In this document: piece after piece, positions 44,401 through 55,948 of the stretch
How the letters are laid out: every line of letters begins with the position of its first letter
How positions within the stretch are numbered: position 1 is the stretch's first letter
Origin: Phaeosaccion multiseriatum
Lineage: Eukaryota; Protista; Ochrophyta, other classes
Direction of reading: 5' to 3'
NCBI GenBank assembly: GCA_965112735.1
Contig: OZ218950.1
Coordinates: 2,542,001-2,606,000 of the forward strand
Length of the DNA: 64,000 nucleotides
The notes under the pieces: generated by a model
The model's database searches: none
The model's input: the letters and a program-made list of their open reading frames with translations, nothing else
What the model was told of the DNA's origin: nothing
Translations under genes and position numbers: made by a program

Positions 44401-47400
44401 GCATAAGGAAGAGCAAGAGCAAGAGGAAGGGACAGGGAGGAGTGCCCCAGGCTCAGTGGCGAGTGGTTGTGTGATGGCCGAGATTGGACCCATCTCGTCC
44501 ATGTCGACGGAGCAACACGATGAAGAAGAAGAAGAAGAAGAAGAAGAAGAAGAAGGAGGAGAGGGAAGTACTGAGGACGGGAAAGTGGAGGCGACGACGG
44601 TGAGAGGGACTGTGGAGGGGCAGGGGCGGAGGGGAAGGGGAGGAGAGGAGGGCGAAGGGAGAGGTGGGGGAGATACGGAAAATGATAGGAGGAAGAGGAG
44701 GAAGAGGAGCAGCAGTGGTAGTAGCAGGAGCAGTAGCAGTAGTAATCGGAGTCGTAGTAGTAGCAGGGGAGCGGACAAGAATGGCAAGGGAAGACAAGAC
44801 GACAAGGAGGGTTCGCACTCAACTTGGCCTGGTGGAGTGACGGAGCCCGAGCCCGACAAGGCCTCTGCGGAGAAGGGCCAGCAGTCGAGCAAGCGGGAGG
44901 AGGAGGAGGAGGAGGAGGAGGAGGAGCAACAGCAGAGCGAGGAGAAGGATGACAACGGGAGACAAGGCGATCCTCTACAGCCTCCTCTTAGCGCGGCTGC
45001 TGCCCTCCCCGCCCCACCGGCTCCACCCTGTAGCAGCGACGTCGCCGAGAGCAGCCAAGTAGCCACAGCCGCTGCTGCCATGGCCACTCGTACTGCGACT
45101 GCCGCTCCCCCGGCAACTGCCATGGCTTCTCCGCTCACTGTCAGTGTCGGTGTCGGAGACAGTGAAGGAGGAGGCCGTGTCGTTAGAGAAACACGAAAGC
45201 ATGGCGGCATCTTCCTGCCACCTGGCAAGGGACATTCACTGAAGGTCAAGGCCAGCGGTGGAGAAGGTGGGGAAGGGCATGGAGAAGGGGGTAGGGGAGG
45301 AGGGATTCGAGGGGAAAGAGGAGGAGGAGGAGGAGGAGGAGGAGGAGGAGGAGGAGGAGGAGGAGGAGGAGGAGGAGGAGGAGGAGCAGGAGGAGGAGGA
45401 GTAGCAGGAGGAGCAGCAGGAGGAGGAGCAGGAGGAGGAGGAGGAGGAGCAGGAGGAGCAGCAGTGGGAGGAGCAGGAGGTGGGGGAGCGACTCCCCCGC
45501 CGGTGCGCCCCTCGGTCAATGCGAACGTTGTGCTCGACCTTCCATCGCACTTCTACACAGATGACAAGGTCAGGAGGGAGGGAAGGGTGTGCGTGTGTGC
45601 GTGTGCGTGTGTGTGCGTGAGTGTGCATGTGCGTGCGCGTGCGCGTGTGCGCGCTCCTTCGTATGTAAATTTCTCTTGCCCCTCGCCTCTCTCTCTCTCT
45701 CTCTCTCTCTCTTACTCCACTGAAGGTGATGCTCTACGTTGAGATATCGTCCATGGTAGACACCATGTGCACCGTGCTCTCTTGGATGCACCCCACGGGC
45801 ATCAGCAAGTGAGTACCGCACCCCCATCCCTTCCTTGTAAGCTCATTGTCTACTCTCTCTTCCGCGCTGAGGTGGGCTGTAACGCCCACTTCTGCCTGCC
45901 CATCCCTCCTCGACGATGTCGATATCGAGATCGCTCATCTCGATAACCATGTCGATATCGGATAACCATGTCGATATCGAGATCGCTCACCTCGATAACA
46001 ATGTCGATATCGAAATCGCTCCACCTCGATATCGATGTCGACATCCGGCACCCCTGCTCACCCCTGCCGGCCCGTATACCCCGTCCCCACCCCTCTGTGT
46101 GGTGTGGCTACCTCCCTCCCTCCCTTTCGTGTTCGACAGCGCCCTGCTGGCGGTGGAGAAGACAGCGGCGCAACTCACCTCGAGGGACCGTGTGACGAGC
46201 GCCGAGGGTTACCGAACCGTCATACGATCTATGGTGCGAAAGCTTCAAGGAGCGTACGAGAGTGGAGCCGGAGGTCAGTGAGTCAGTGGGGACAGGGGGC
46301 GGGGGGGGAGGGGACGTTGGGAAAGCAGGGTAGAGCAGTGAGCGGCACACTCACGCACTCACACAGAGAGAGGGCGGGAGGGAGGGAGGGAGGGAGGCGA
46401 AGAGGTAGGGAAGGAACGAAGGAACGAAGGAACGAAGGCTTAATCACTCACTTCCTCACTCAGTTACTCACTCACTCATTCAGTTAGTCACTCCGTCTCT
46501 CTATGTCTTTCTCTCTCTCTCTCTCTCTCCTCCCTCCCTCTCTCTCCTCTCTCTCCCTCTCTCCTCCCTCCCTCCCTCTCCTCCCTCTCTGTCTCTCTCC
46601 TCCCTCCCTCTCACACACGCAGGCGGCTCGGTGGAGGTTGCTCCCAAGGGGCTCGAAGATGAGCGAAGAGTGGCCATTCGACCCATTGTTGACGCCAATC
46701 GAATCTTGCAGGTCAGGGAGGGAGGGAGGATGGCAGTGGATGGCAGTGGATGCGGGAGGGGGGGACGGGGGCGAGGGAATGGGGTGAGGTCGTTTGGGAA
46801 TGCAGAGGAGCGGAAGGACTGGGGCGTGTGTGCCAGAAGGCGCTCCAACCACACCCAATTATGCCCACTCATGCCCGCTTAACGACACCCAACACTTGCC
46901 CACTGAGTAACACCCAAACATACCCACGGAATGACACCCAAACATGCCCACTGAATGACGCCCAATCGCGCCCAGGTGATCCTGGAGGCCATGTCCCAGC
47001 GTGAGCAGACGATGGAGCAGCGCCTCTTGACGCTCTTCACAGAGGGCGACGACAACGGGGATGGGGTACTCTCCTTTGATGAGTTCCATGCTATCATCAA
47101 GCGGTGAGTCTTTGCGTGTGTGCGTCATGGGGTAGTTGCAGTTGCCGTTGCAGTTACAGACAGTTACAGCTGGTGGTTGCAGTTTCACCTTCATAAAGCC
47201 CAGGACCGTAATCCAAGAAGTATGACATGTAGAACGGGGGGAAAGGGGGGCGTAGACAACTATTAGGAGCCTCCCTCCTCCTCTTTCAGTCTGAATGTCT
47301 AATGCCTTTCTCTTTTCCTGCCTATTCTGGGCTCCCTCTGTATGAACGCATACATGGGATGGGGCGGCGCATCACACAGGGCTGCACCTTCGTTCTCGGA

Positions 47401-48028
47401 GCGACTCGTGCTCAAAATGTTCCGTGAAGCCGTTACGGAAGGAAACGGAGAGAGCATCGACAAAGAGGTGAGAGGGTCCACGGTTGGCTGGTTGACACCA
47501 AGTACTGGTGGCAGGCTGGCTGGGGTCGGGTAGTTGGATGATTTAGCCAGAAGAACCGGGTGGGGGGCTGAGTGGGTGGATGCTTGGCGGACTGACTGAC
47601 TGACTGACTGACTGACTGGCTGACTGATTGGTTGACCGACTGACTGACTGGCTGCTGAAAGACCGACTGACCGACTGACGGATTGACTGCCTGACTGCCT
47701 GACTGACTGACTGACTGACTGACTGACTGACTGACTGACTGACTGACTGCCTGCCTGACTGACTGACTCACTGACTGACTGACTGACTGACTGACTGACT
47801 GACTGACTGACTGACTGACTGACTGGCTGACTGGCTGACGGGCTGACTGGCTGACTGACTTCCTTGCTTGCTACCGCTGTGATGGGTGCATACCTACATG
47901 CCCGTGCACGCACTCAGGTGTTCTGCCGAATCTGCAAGCGTCAAGGTCTGATGGATTTCGTTGACATACCTGCGCTGGAACTCCTCTGCGATGAGTGGTG
48001 TCGCAAACAGCAGCGGTGGGCGGGGTAG
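35424..48028 (+). CDS. Very large coiled-coil protein with C-terminal EF-hands, reminiscent of TSNAXIP1-like/flagellar proteins. About 14 exons: 35424-36275, 36651-38141, 38878-38976, 39204-39308, 39531-39725, 40306-40524, 40879-42645, 43214-45568, 45726-45808, 46140-46273, 46623-46711, 46976-47103, 47380-47467, 47918-48028
   Basis: Phase-consistent GT-AG chain. Coiled-coil exons; a globular segment SLKWVVSAVWCIYDLK...SMPDFVIELYLRRCGLKKEAELQLYVLV...VFTFARMLDL; a canonical EF-hand loop FTEGDDNGDGVLSFDEFHAII and a degenerate partner (KMFREA...SIDKEVFCRIC). The start codon is uncertain (35424 or 35739). Confidence 0.72.
38165..38719. repeat. About 550-bp (GGGA)n polypurine microsatellite in an intron
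   Basis: Near-perfect GGGA tandem array. Confidence 0.97.
39787..40280. repeat. Intronic minisatellite of the GATGGCAGT(A/G)GATGG family: one forward copy and many inverted copies
   Basis: GGATGGCAGTAGATGG at 39787-39802, then repeated CCATCTACTGCCATCC units from 39843 onward. Confidence 0.85.
42658..42933. repeat. 26-bp tandem minisatellite, about 10 copies, same GATGGCAGTGG family
   Basis: Unit GGATGGCAGTGGATGGGCATGGGTGA, immediately downstream of a splice donor. Confidence 0.9.
44151..44422 (+). repeat. Coding hexanucleotide repeat (GAGCAA)n encoding poly-(Glu-Gln)
   Basis: About 45 units in frame within exon 43214-45568. Confidence 0.95.
45914..46045. repeat. Palindrome-rich intronic repeat built on TCGATATCGA
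   Basis: Repeated ATGTCGATATCGA(G/A)ATCGCTC...CTCGATA units. Confidence 0.85.
47590..47860. repeat. (CTGA)n intronic microsatellite
   Basis: Imperfect tandem CTGA in the 3' half of the last intron of the EF-hand gene. Confidence 0.92.
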
Positions 48029-49284
48029 GAGCAGGAGCAAGCCCTTGCTGATACAGCAGCAGTAATTGTAGGGCAACGTCCGAAGCTTCAAGGAGCACCG
48101 GGTAGGCAACTACAAGACTGCGCACGGGGTGTGTGGCGACAAGGATGGGCCTACCAAGGGCGAACCTTGTGTGTACTCATGGGAATAATGTCAAATTTTG
48201 TTCTCTCTCTCTCTCTCTCTCTTTCTTCCAAGTCTTATGTGTTACACCCAGTATCCAGCAGTATCCTCGTCATAGTTTCAATTCCAGTCTCATTGGCGCA
48301 TTGCCGCAGCCACAACGCTCTCATCGCCAGCCAAACTTGTTGCGTTACGGAGGGACCAGCTTCTTGTTGGTACACGCACCATGGAGTATGAAACAGAAAA
48401 GAGAAGGATGTGGGCAATTACGCTGGCGATGTCCCTCATAGTAGGAGCTAGTTAGGAGCAGTCAGGAGCAAGCTGACCCACCAACCCTACTGACACCTCT
48501 ATTTCTCTGAAGTGCTCCTAAACCTCTTTCAAAAAGAGAGTTCTTCGAATGGCTGGTTTCCGTGGTAAACGTTTTTTTTTTCTTCTTTTTCCCCCTTTTG
48601 TCACCAGCGTCTTTTTCCCAAGGTGAAAGGGTTGCAATGTGAGCGAGTAGGAGGGACCATCTCTCATCAGAGGTGGATGAAAGAGGGGGATCAGAAGAAG
48701 CAGAGAGACAAAGAGAACAAACAAAAGGAAGAAAGAACGAGTAGTATATAGTAGGCGACTTGTGCGAAAACCGTCTCTTGCTTCTCTCATGCCACACGTC
48801 TCTCATTCAGATGAGGCCCGCACAGCTTTGCTCTAACCTGAGAGGTGGCTGTAACCAGAAACCATACCCCAATCATCAATGAATATTCCAATGATATGAT
48901 GTCATCGGCACTCAGCCAAAATATCATTTCCGCTCGTCGCTCTCGCAAGTCAATGGCATGGCTGAAAAAAAAAGAAATATAGCTACCTCTACGCGTCTCG
49001 TCAGCTAAAGAAGCTTGTGGTCAGCATCAGCTACAATTGTATTGACCGTGGGCCCCGTGGCCTACTACTACGTGTGGGAGGCGGGATGAATCATGCAGCC
49101 AGATCGTGTCATCGAGCGATGCCACGTTGTGGACTGGCTGGTGGACGACAACTCTAGCTAGGGACCCAGCTTTGCAGCTGGCCACGCCCGAGCCAAGGCT
49201 CGTCAACTGCCAGACCCTCAGGCTTGGTCATTCCCTCCCCTCCTCCCCCCGGCCGCAAGACCAGACCACGCACGTCTCTTCGCT

Positions 49285-52122
49285 TCAGTAGTGTCCGCGC
49301 AAGAGGATGGGGTTCAGAAGGAATGGCCCACAGACGTGAAGGAGGATGTAATTGAAGACGGGGAAGGTGAGGCGGACGTCGCCCCATGGCATATCCGTGA
49401 GCCACATGGTAAGGCAGAACACAATGGTGTAGCCCGACATGAAGACGAACATGCTCTTGTAACGCTCGAAGGTGGCCCTGAGCTCGACACCAAACGAACT
49501 TCCTTTCTCTGTCTCCTTCGCCGTCGCACCCCACACCATCGGGATGTCCCAAAAGTAATTCCAGCAGGCGGTAGTGAGGTGCCACAGCATAGAGCCGAAG
49601 AAGATTGTCACGACGGGTAGGAGCTGAATCTCGCTGCACACGGCTCCGAAGATGCTCTTGCAGTGACGGGCATAGCCCATGCGGTAGCGAATGGTGCCGG
49701 AGCCCAAGCAGCCAATGCCTCCAAACAGCAGCAAGGTGGTCATGTAAATGTCGAAAGTGTTGGTCATTTGCTCCTGGAGGGCGGGTGCGAGCATGCGCAT
49801 GGCGACGTACGTACTAACCCCGACGATGGTGTAGGCCATGGCAAGGTAGGTGCCCAAGTACCCGGACATGGCCAGTTTCGACGACCAAGGCACCCCCGGG
49901 CAGGAGAGGTACCTGCGATACAGTGGGGTGATGGGGCCGTGGGTGGGCCAGTCCATGAAGCGGTTCAACAACATCTCGCAAGCACCGAAGGCGTACTTGC
50001 GAAGACGAATCACCTCGTCTGCGGCTGTCAAAGACACCCCCTCCTGGAAGCCGGGCCCGGTGTAGGTGCAGTAGCGGCCAATGTAGCCCAGCGTCTGCAG
50101 TCGTAGCGACAGGTCGAAATCCTCGCTGACATGTGCCTCGCTCCAAAACTTCCGCTCCCCGTCCTTCTTATCCACCCAACTGGCCTGCTTGACGGCGTCC
50201 CATCGCAGAAAGGCATTGTGCCCGACAAGAGGGGCGGGGTCGCCCGCCGAAACGGCCAGGGCGATGCCCACGTCGTAGATGGACTCGGTAAAGTGCCCAA
50301 TCATATCCTCCCAGTAGTTGGCGTTTGCGCGCAGAGGAGTGGTACGGCATTGCAAAAAGCCCAGGCTCGGAGTGAGCACAAACTCGCCCAACACGTTCGT
50401 GAGGCAGTCAGGAGGCACTCGTGTGTCGGAGTCCACTAGCAGGATGATGTCTCCAATGCTCACGTCTCCTCCGATGAGGGCTTCGTCGTTCCACGCCTTG
50501 CGGACCTGTGTGTGTGTGAGTGTGTGTGTGTGTGTGTGCGTGTGTGTGTGTGCGTGTGTGTGTGTGTGTGTGTGCGTGTGCGTGTGCGTGTGTGCGTGTG
50601 TGCGTGTGTGTGTGCGCGCGCGTGACACGAGCGATGGGAGACACGAGGAACAGCATGACAGGACGAAAGAGACGCCGACACGAGATGACACGAGACAGAA
50701 GGGGGCAGGGCGGCGAAAGAAAGGCAGAGAGAACTTCTTCAGATTCACTTCTTCGCGCCAAAGCCAAAGCCAGGCACGCGGCCGCACTGCAACGTGCCAC
50801 CCCTCATTTTCCTCCCGCTCCCCTCCCCTCCCGTCTCACTTCTTTCCTCTCCCCTCTCCCGTCTTCCCCCCTCCCTGCGCTCCCCTCTCCTGCCCCCTCC
50901 CCTCCCCCTTCCCCGCCCCCCCCTCTGGCTGGATCTGGGCTTCTTCCTCCATGACCCATCATCCACCCACCTTATCCGTTGCTTCGCTGAGAGTTGCGCC
51001 ATTGTCTCTCAGCCCCTGCACCTCGAGGCTGATGTTGAGCGCGTAGTTCATGTTGGAAGCCTTCTTGAAGAGACCTACCCGTGGCCTCACAGATGGGTCA
51101 GGGCGGGCGACGTAGCCAACCTCATGTTGGTGATACGCTGTAATCCGAGCTCTCCTGTCCTCCTCGCTGATGACTTGCAGGCCGTCGTCGTTGATGAAGA
51201 TGCTGGCCTGTCCTCCGGCCTTGCGATAGTGCCGAATGGCGACTTCGAGCGAGAGGATTGTGGGAAGGATGGTACTGTGCAGTCCTTCCTTGTACACGGG
51301 CATTTGGATGGTCATCTTGGGGTAGTGGAGCGGTCGGGGGGGGGCAATGGCGCTGAAGAACTGCGAGTTGGACTGCATGTGTGCCACGGGGCCCAGGATG
51401 CACACCACTTGGTTGACGGCGTACTGAACCGTAAAGAGCATGAAGAAGACAAAGACGGGGACCCACAGCACGTTGATGATTCGCAGCCAGAAGCGATCCT
51501 TGAGGGTCAGCTGTACTTGGTCGTAAATGAACAAGAACTGCGAGATGGCAATAGCAATGACGACGAGGACTTGCGTGTACATGCCTTGGTGCCTCGTCTG
51601 GCGGCGCTCAATCGCATCCGCCCGGGCCTTGTCCAGGCTCAGTGCTTGCTGCCTCCGTAAGATGAGGTCTTGCCGTCGGAGCTGGCTGGGAAGGGTGCGC
51701 TCCGCTTCCTTCTGAAAGCGACTTCGAAGCTGCTTCTCTTGGAGATATCGTTTCATCTCCGCATCAATCCTCTCCGCTGACTCCTCCTGGTCGTCTTCAC
51801 CCTCCACTTCCAAAGCCGGAGCCAAAGATGCTGCCGCCCCACCCACGTCCTTCTTTGTATGCTCCCCACCACCATCGCCACATTCCTCCTTAGTTTCCTC
51901 CCCATGGCCAGCACCACTCTCCACGCCAAACGCGCCAACACAACCACCTTCTTCCTCGGCCCCAGTTGGAGTCAGGAGCTCGCCGCGGATGTAGGGAAGC
52001 TCGGTGATGGCGGTGTCTGCGAGGACGGCTCTTGGCCCTGCCGTTTCTGCTGCTACCCGCCTCTCCTCCCCCTCGGCGGCGGTTGGGGCATCACTTGCGG
52101 AGACTGATTGAACGCTCGCCAT
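49285..52122 (-). CDS. Membrane-bound processive glycosyltransferase family 2 (Glyco_trans_2_3-like, fungal-type subfamily). Two exons: 52122-50971 and 50505-49285
   Basis: Two N-terminal TM helices, then TIQMPVYKEGL, INDDG, FKKASNMN, LLVDSDTRVP (DxD), VGHNAFLRW, WSEAHVSEDFD (ED catalytic base) and FQEGVSLT..DE..RLRKYAFG in the QxxRW position, followed by several C-terminal TM helices. Confidence 0.9.
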
Positions 52123-52909
52123 TTGCTCCCCCTCTTGCTTGTGCTCTTGCCACACACCGAAAGACACTTGGCTCACACCGCAAGAAGCATTTGCGCGGAA
52201 GAGTCTCAGTACAGCTTGATTCCCCTCTTAAGGAGAGAGAATCAAGGCCGAGCCTCGTCTCAGCTGCTCTACCTTTTGTTCTGACCGGTGCTCAACACTG
52301 CTGCCGTTTGGTTCACACCACAAGAACCATTTGTGCGAGAGAGCTGAGGCTCCGTAAAGCTTGACTTCCCTCTCAAAGAGGGCGAACCAAGCCCCCAAGT
52401 CGATGGGTCTGATGGCCTTGCCTTGTCTCTACTGCTCTAGCTCTGCCGTTTGGTTCCTACTCTGGGGCGGTTTCTCGCTGGAAGAGAGGGTAAAGCTTGG
52501 CAGAGCTTGGCTCCCCCCACAAAGAGAGTAAACCAAGCCACAGGGTGGAGGTGGGATGCTTTTGCCTCGTCTCTGCTGCTCTGCAAGCCTCCCTCTTTTC
52601 TCTCCCTTCCTTGTTCCTCCTCAGGCCCTCCCGATCCCGGGGGGGGATTTTACTTTACTATTACCCCCCCTCCCTCTACCCCTCGCCTCGCTCTCAGCAC
52701 ACACGCAGTTTGCAACAAGGTCTTCCTTTCCATCGCAGCCAAAGCTCACACAATATGGTGCGGTGCCCTCATTGCAAGGGACATCGGCTTCTCTATGCAT
52801 AGAGGGACACTCCCACTGATACTAGGCCCGCTGCGGCTGCACGTCATGCTTCCATTCAGATCTTTACTTTTTTTTGGCTCTGAATCGTCAAGAAGAGGTA
52901 GTAACAGGG

Positions 52910-53566
52910 GGGGAGGGAGGGAGGGAGGGAGGGAGGGAGGGAGGGAGGGAGGGAGGGAGGGAGGGAGGGAGGGAGGGAGGGAGGGAGGGAGGGAGGGAGG
53001 GAGGGAGGGAGGGAGGGAGGGAGGGAGGGAGGGAGGGAGGGAGGGAGGGAGGGAGGGAGGGAGGGAGGGAGGGAGGGAGGGAGGGAGGGAGGGAGGAAGG
53101 GAGGGAGGGAGGGAGGGAGGGAGGGAGGGAGGGAGGGAGGGAGGGAGGAAGGGAGGGAGGGAGGGAGGAAGGGAGGAAGGGAGGAAGGGAGGGAGGGAGG
53201 GAGGAAGGGAGGGAGGGAGGAAGGAAGGAAGGAAGGAAGGAAGGAAGGAAGGGAGGGAAGGAGAGAGGGAGGAAGGTACGGAGGAAGGAGGAAGGAAGGA
53301 AGTAGGGAAGTAAGGAAGTAAGGAAGGAAGGAAGGAAGGAAGGAAGGAAGGAAGGAAGGAAGAAAGAAAGGAAGGAAGGAAGGAAGGAAGGAAGGAAGGA
53401 AGGAAGGAAGGAAGGAAGGAAGGAAGGAAGGAAGGAAAGAGGGAGGGAGGGAGGGAGGGAGGGAGGGAGGGAGGGAACGAACGAACGAGCGAAGGAAGGA
53501 AGGAAGGAAGGAAGGAAGGAAGGAAGGAAGGAAGGAAGGAAGGAGGGAAGGAAGGGAGGGAGGGAG
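52910..53566. repeat. Compound (GGGA)n/(GGAA)n polypurine tract
   Basis: About 650 bp that grades from GGGA to GGAA; intergenic. Confidence 0.97.
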
Positions 53567-53795
53567 GCCTTAGGCGAACATGCCGAGAGAGAGGGAAGGA
53601 CTTGGATGACTTGATAAAAGACATGCTGTACGAGTTCATTGAGTTTAATCAAAAGCTGAAAGCGTATCTCGCCCCTACTACAGACACACACGGGCGATGC
53701 AGGCGAACGCAGCAGACACAGCGTTGGGCTGGTCCTGTTGATGTGCAGGCCCCTTCCCCCCAACCCCACCACACCATCACAGATGGCAGTCGATT

Positions 53796-55912
53796 TTACG
53801 CCCAGCCCCGCTGCACTGTGACGGGCGGTCTGAGCATGGCAGTACGCCTTCCGTCCGGTCCTTCCACAATGTGCAGGGCTCTGAGGACCAGCGTGCAGAT
53901 TGCAGTCGATGGCGTGGCAGGCACGGTAGGTGGGAGGGAGGGAGGGAAGGAAGGGAGGAAGGAAGGAAGGAAGGAAGGGAGGGAGGGAGGGAGGGAGGGA
54001 GGGAGAGAGGCAGGTAGGTAGGCAGGTAGGTGGGTAGGTAGGTAGAGACGGCATGAGTGGCTTGAGTTGAGGGTTGGATGGGACTCAAGTCATCAAAGGC
54101 GTCAAGCTCAAGCTGCAAATGAAAAGCGCTTCATCAGGGGCATCGCATCTCGACACATGGCCGTACGTAAGAGGCTGGACCAAATACGTAAGAGGCTGGA
54201 CCAAATACGTAAGAGGCTGGACCAAATACGGAAGAGGCTGGACCAAATACGGAAGAGGCTGGACCAAATACGTAAGAGGCTGGACCAAATACGGAAGAGG
54301 CTGGACCAAATACGCGCGCACACACAAACTTACACACGCACACACACGCGCGCGCACATACACAAGCCCGCACGCATACACAAACGTACACACACACGCA
54401 CACACACGAACACACACACGTACGCACCTCTTGGGCTCTTGCTTGAGCAACAAGCACTTGGAGTCCTCCCAGGTGCGCTTGGCACGAGTGCCAAGCTCCT
54501 CTCGAAGCGCCACTTGTTTGCCCCCCCCTGCTGTACCACCAACGGCTGTACCACCGACTGCTGAACCACCAACTGCTGCAACACCAGCTGCCGTTTCACC
54601 ACCGCCAATGCTGCTGCTGTGGCTTGCACACACTACTCTCACCTCCAAGCGAGCCTCTTCCCGAGTAGCTGCAACGAGCTCCAGTAAAGCAGGAGAGAGG
54701 ACGGACCCAGCGGGGGTTGGAGCTGGGCCATTTTCAGGTCTGTCCTTCGCTGCTGCTGTACCACCAACTGCTTCAGCTGCTCCTGCTACAAATGAAACCG
54801 AAGCGCGGCCCGCCTTCGGAGTCGCCGCCGTCTTCGTCGCCTTCCAGCCAGAGAGTTCCATCGCACAGCTCGCATGAAATCGGACGGAGCAAGGGCGAGT
54901 ACTACCACCACCAGATGTGCTCAGACCTGAGTCGATGCCAGAGCAACCACCGTCAGTGCCACAGCTGCAATGTAAGAGGGCCCATTCCGGGTGTGGGGTA
55001 CTGTCACAAAACTCGCAGTGTTCACCCCCCCCTCCACTGCCATCCTCATTGGCATCACGGCTTTGGAGTTCCCCAATGAGTCTGCCAGAATGAACCTGGG
55101 CGAGCGAGTGATAGAGAGAGGGGGGGGGGGGGATGGAGAGAGAGAGTGTGTGTGTGTGTAGATAAGAGAGGGAGACAAGACCCTCTCCGCAGAGGCGGAA
55201 GTGGTCAGAGTGCCCCTTCTCGCTTGAGGAGAGAGAGGGGCTCGAAGAGGCACAAACGCACTTACGAAAAGGAATGTGTGTGTGTGTGGCGTCGCTCTGC
55301 TTCATCCTCACCCTAAGCCCTGCCCCCTTCTCTCACTCTCCCTCCCTCCCTCCCTCCCTCTCTCTCCCTCCCTCTTTCTCTCTCTCCCCCTCTCCCTCCC
55401 TCCCTCTCTCTCTCTTTCTCTCTCCCTCTCTCTCTCCCTCCCTCTTTCTCTCTCTCTCCCTCTCTCCCTCCCTCCCTCCCTCTCTCTCTCTCTCTCTCCC
55501 TCCCTCTCTCTCCCTCTTTCTCTCTTTCTCTCCCTCTCTATCTCTCTCGCCCTCCCTCTCTCTCTCTCCGCTGCTGCCTCGGTCTCAGAGCCTCTCCCCG
55601 TCACTCCGTCTCTCTGAATTGGAAGGGTGGTCAGCTCAGCAGACCCCCCCTCCCCGCCTTCCCTCCACACAAACACACTTGTAAGTCAACGACATATGCC
55701 ACAGTGGGTGGTATCTCGATGCCCACTAAAGTCAATGACCTTACACAAGAAGCCCCACAGTAGCCCAACCACAGCCCAACCACAGCCCGACATCAGCGTA
55801 CCTGGAACTGAAGTCGAATGCGGTGAGGACTTGCCAGTGCGCACAGAACATGCACGTACCGACGTGGACGAACCTCCATCACCCCTCCTGCTGTACCACC
55901 AACGGCTGTATC

Positions 55913-55948
<36 letters not shown>

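Noticed and set aside
43831-45519. Long antisense or alternative-frame ORFs (e.g. 562 aa poly-SC, 394 aa at 36911-38095, poly-REGG and poly-PPSL ORFs)
   Set aside because: Shadows of GC-rich low-complexity exons and microsatellites that lack stop codons; no domain content.
53570-53700. Protein-like plus-strand snippet DDLIKDMLYEFIEFNQKLKAYLAP, and MVRCPHCKGHRLLYA near 52756
   Set aside because: I could not build a consistent start, splice chain or family match; it may be UTR or a relic.
54164-54314. 21-bp repeat x7 giving ORFs such as (RKRLDQI)n
   Set aside because: Spacerless minisatellite inside a PHD-gene intron; the repeat ORFs have no coding context.
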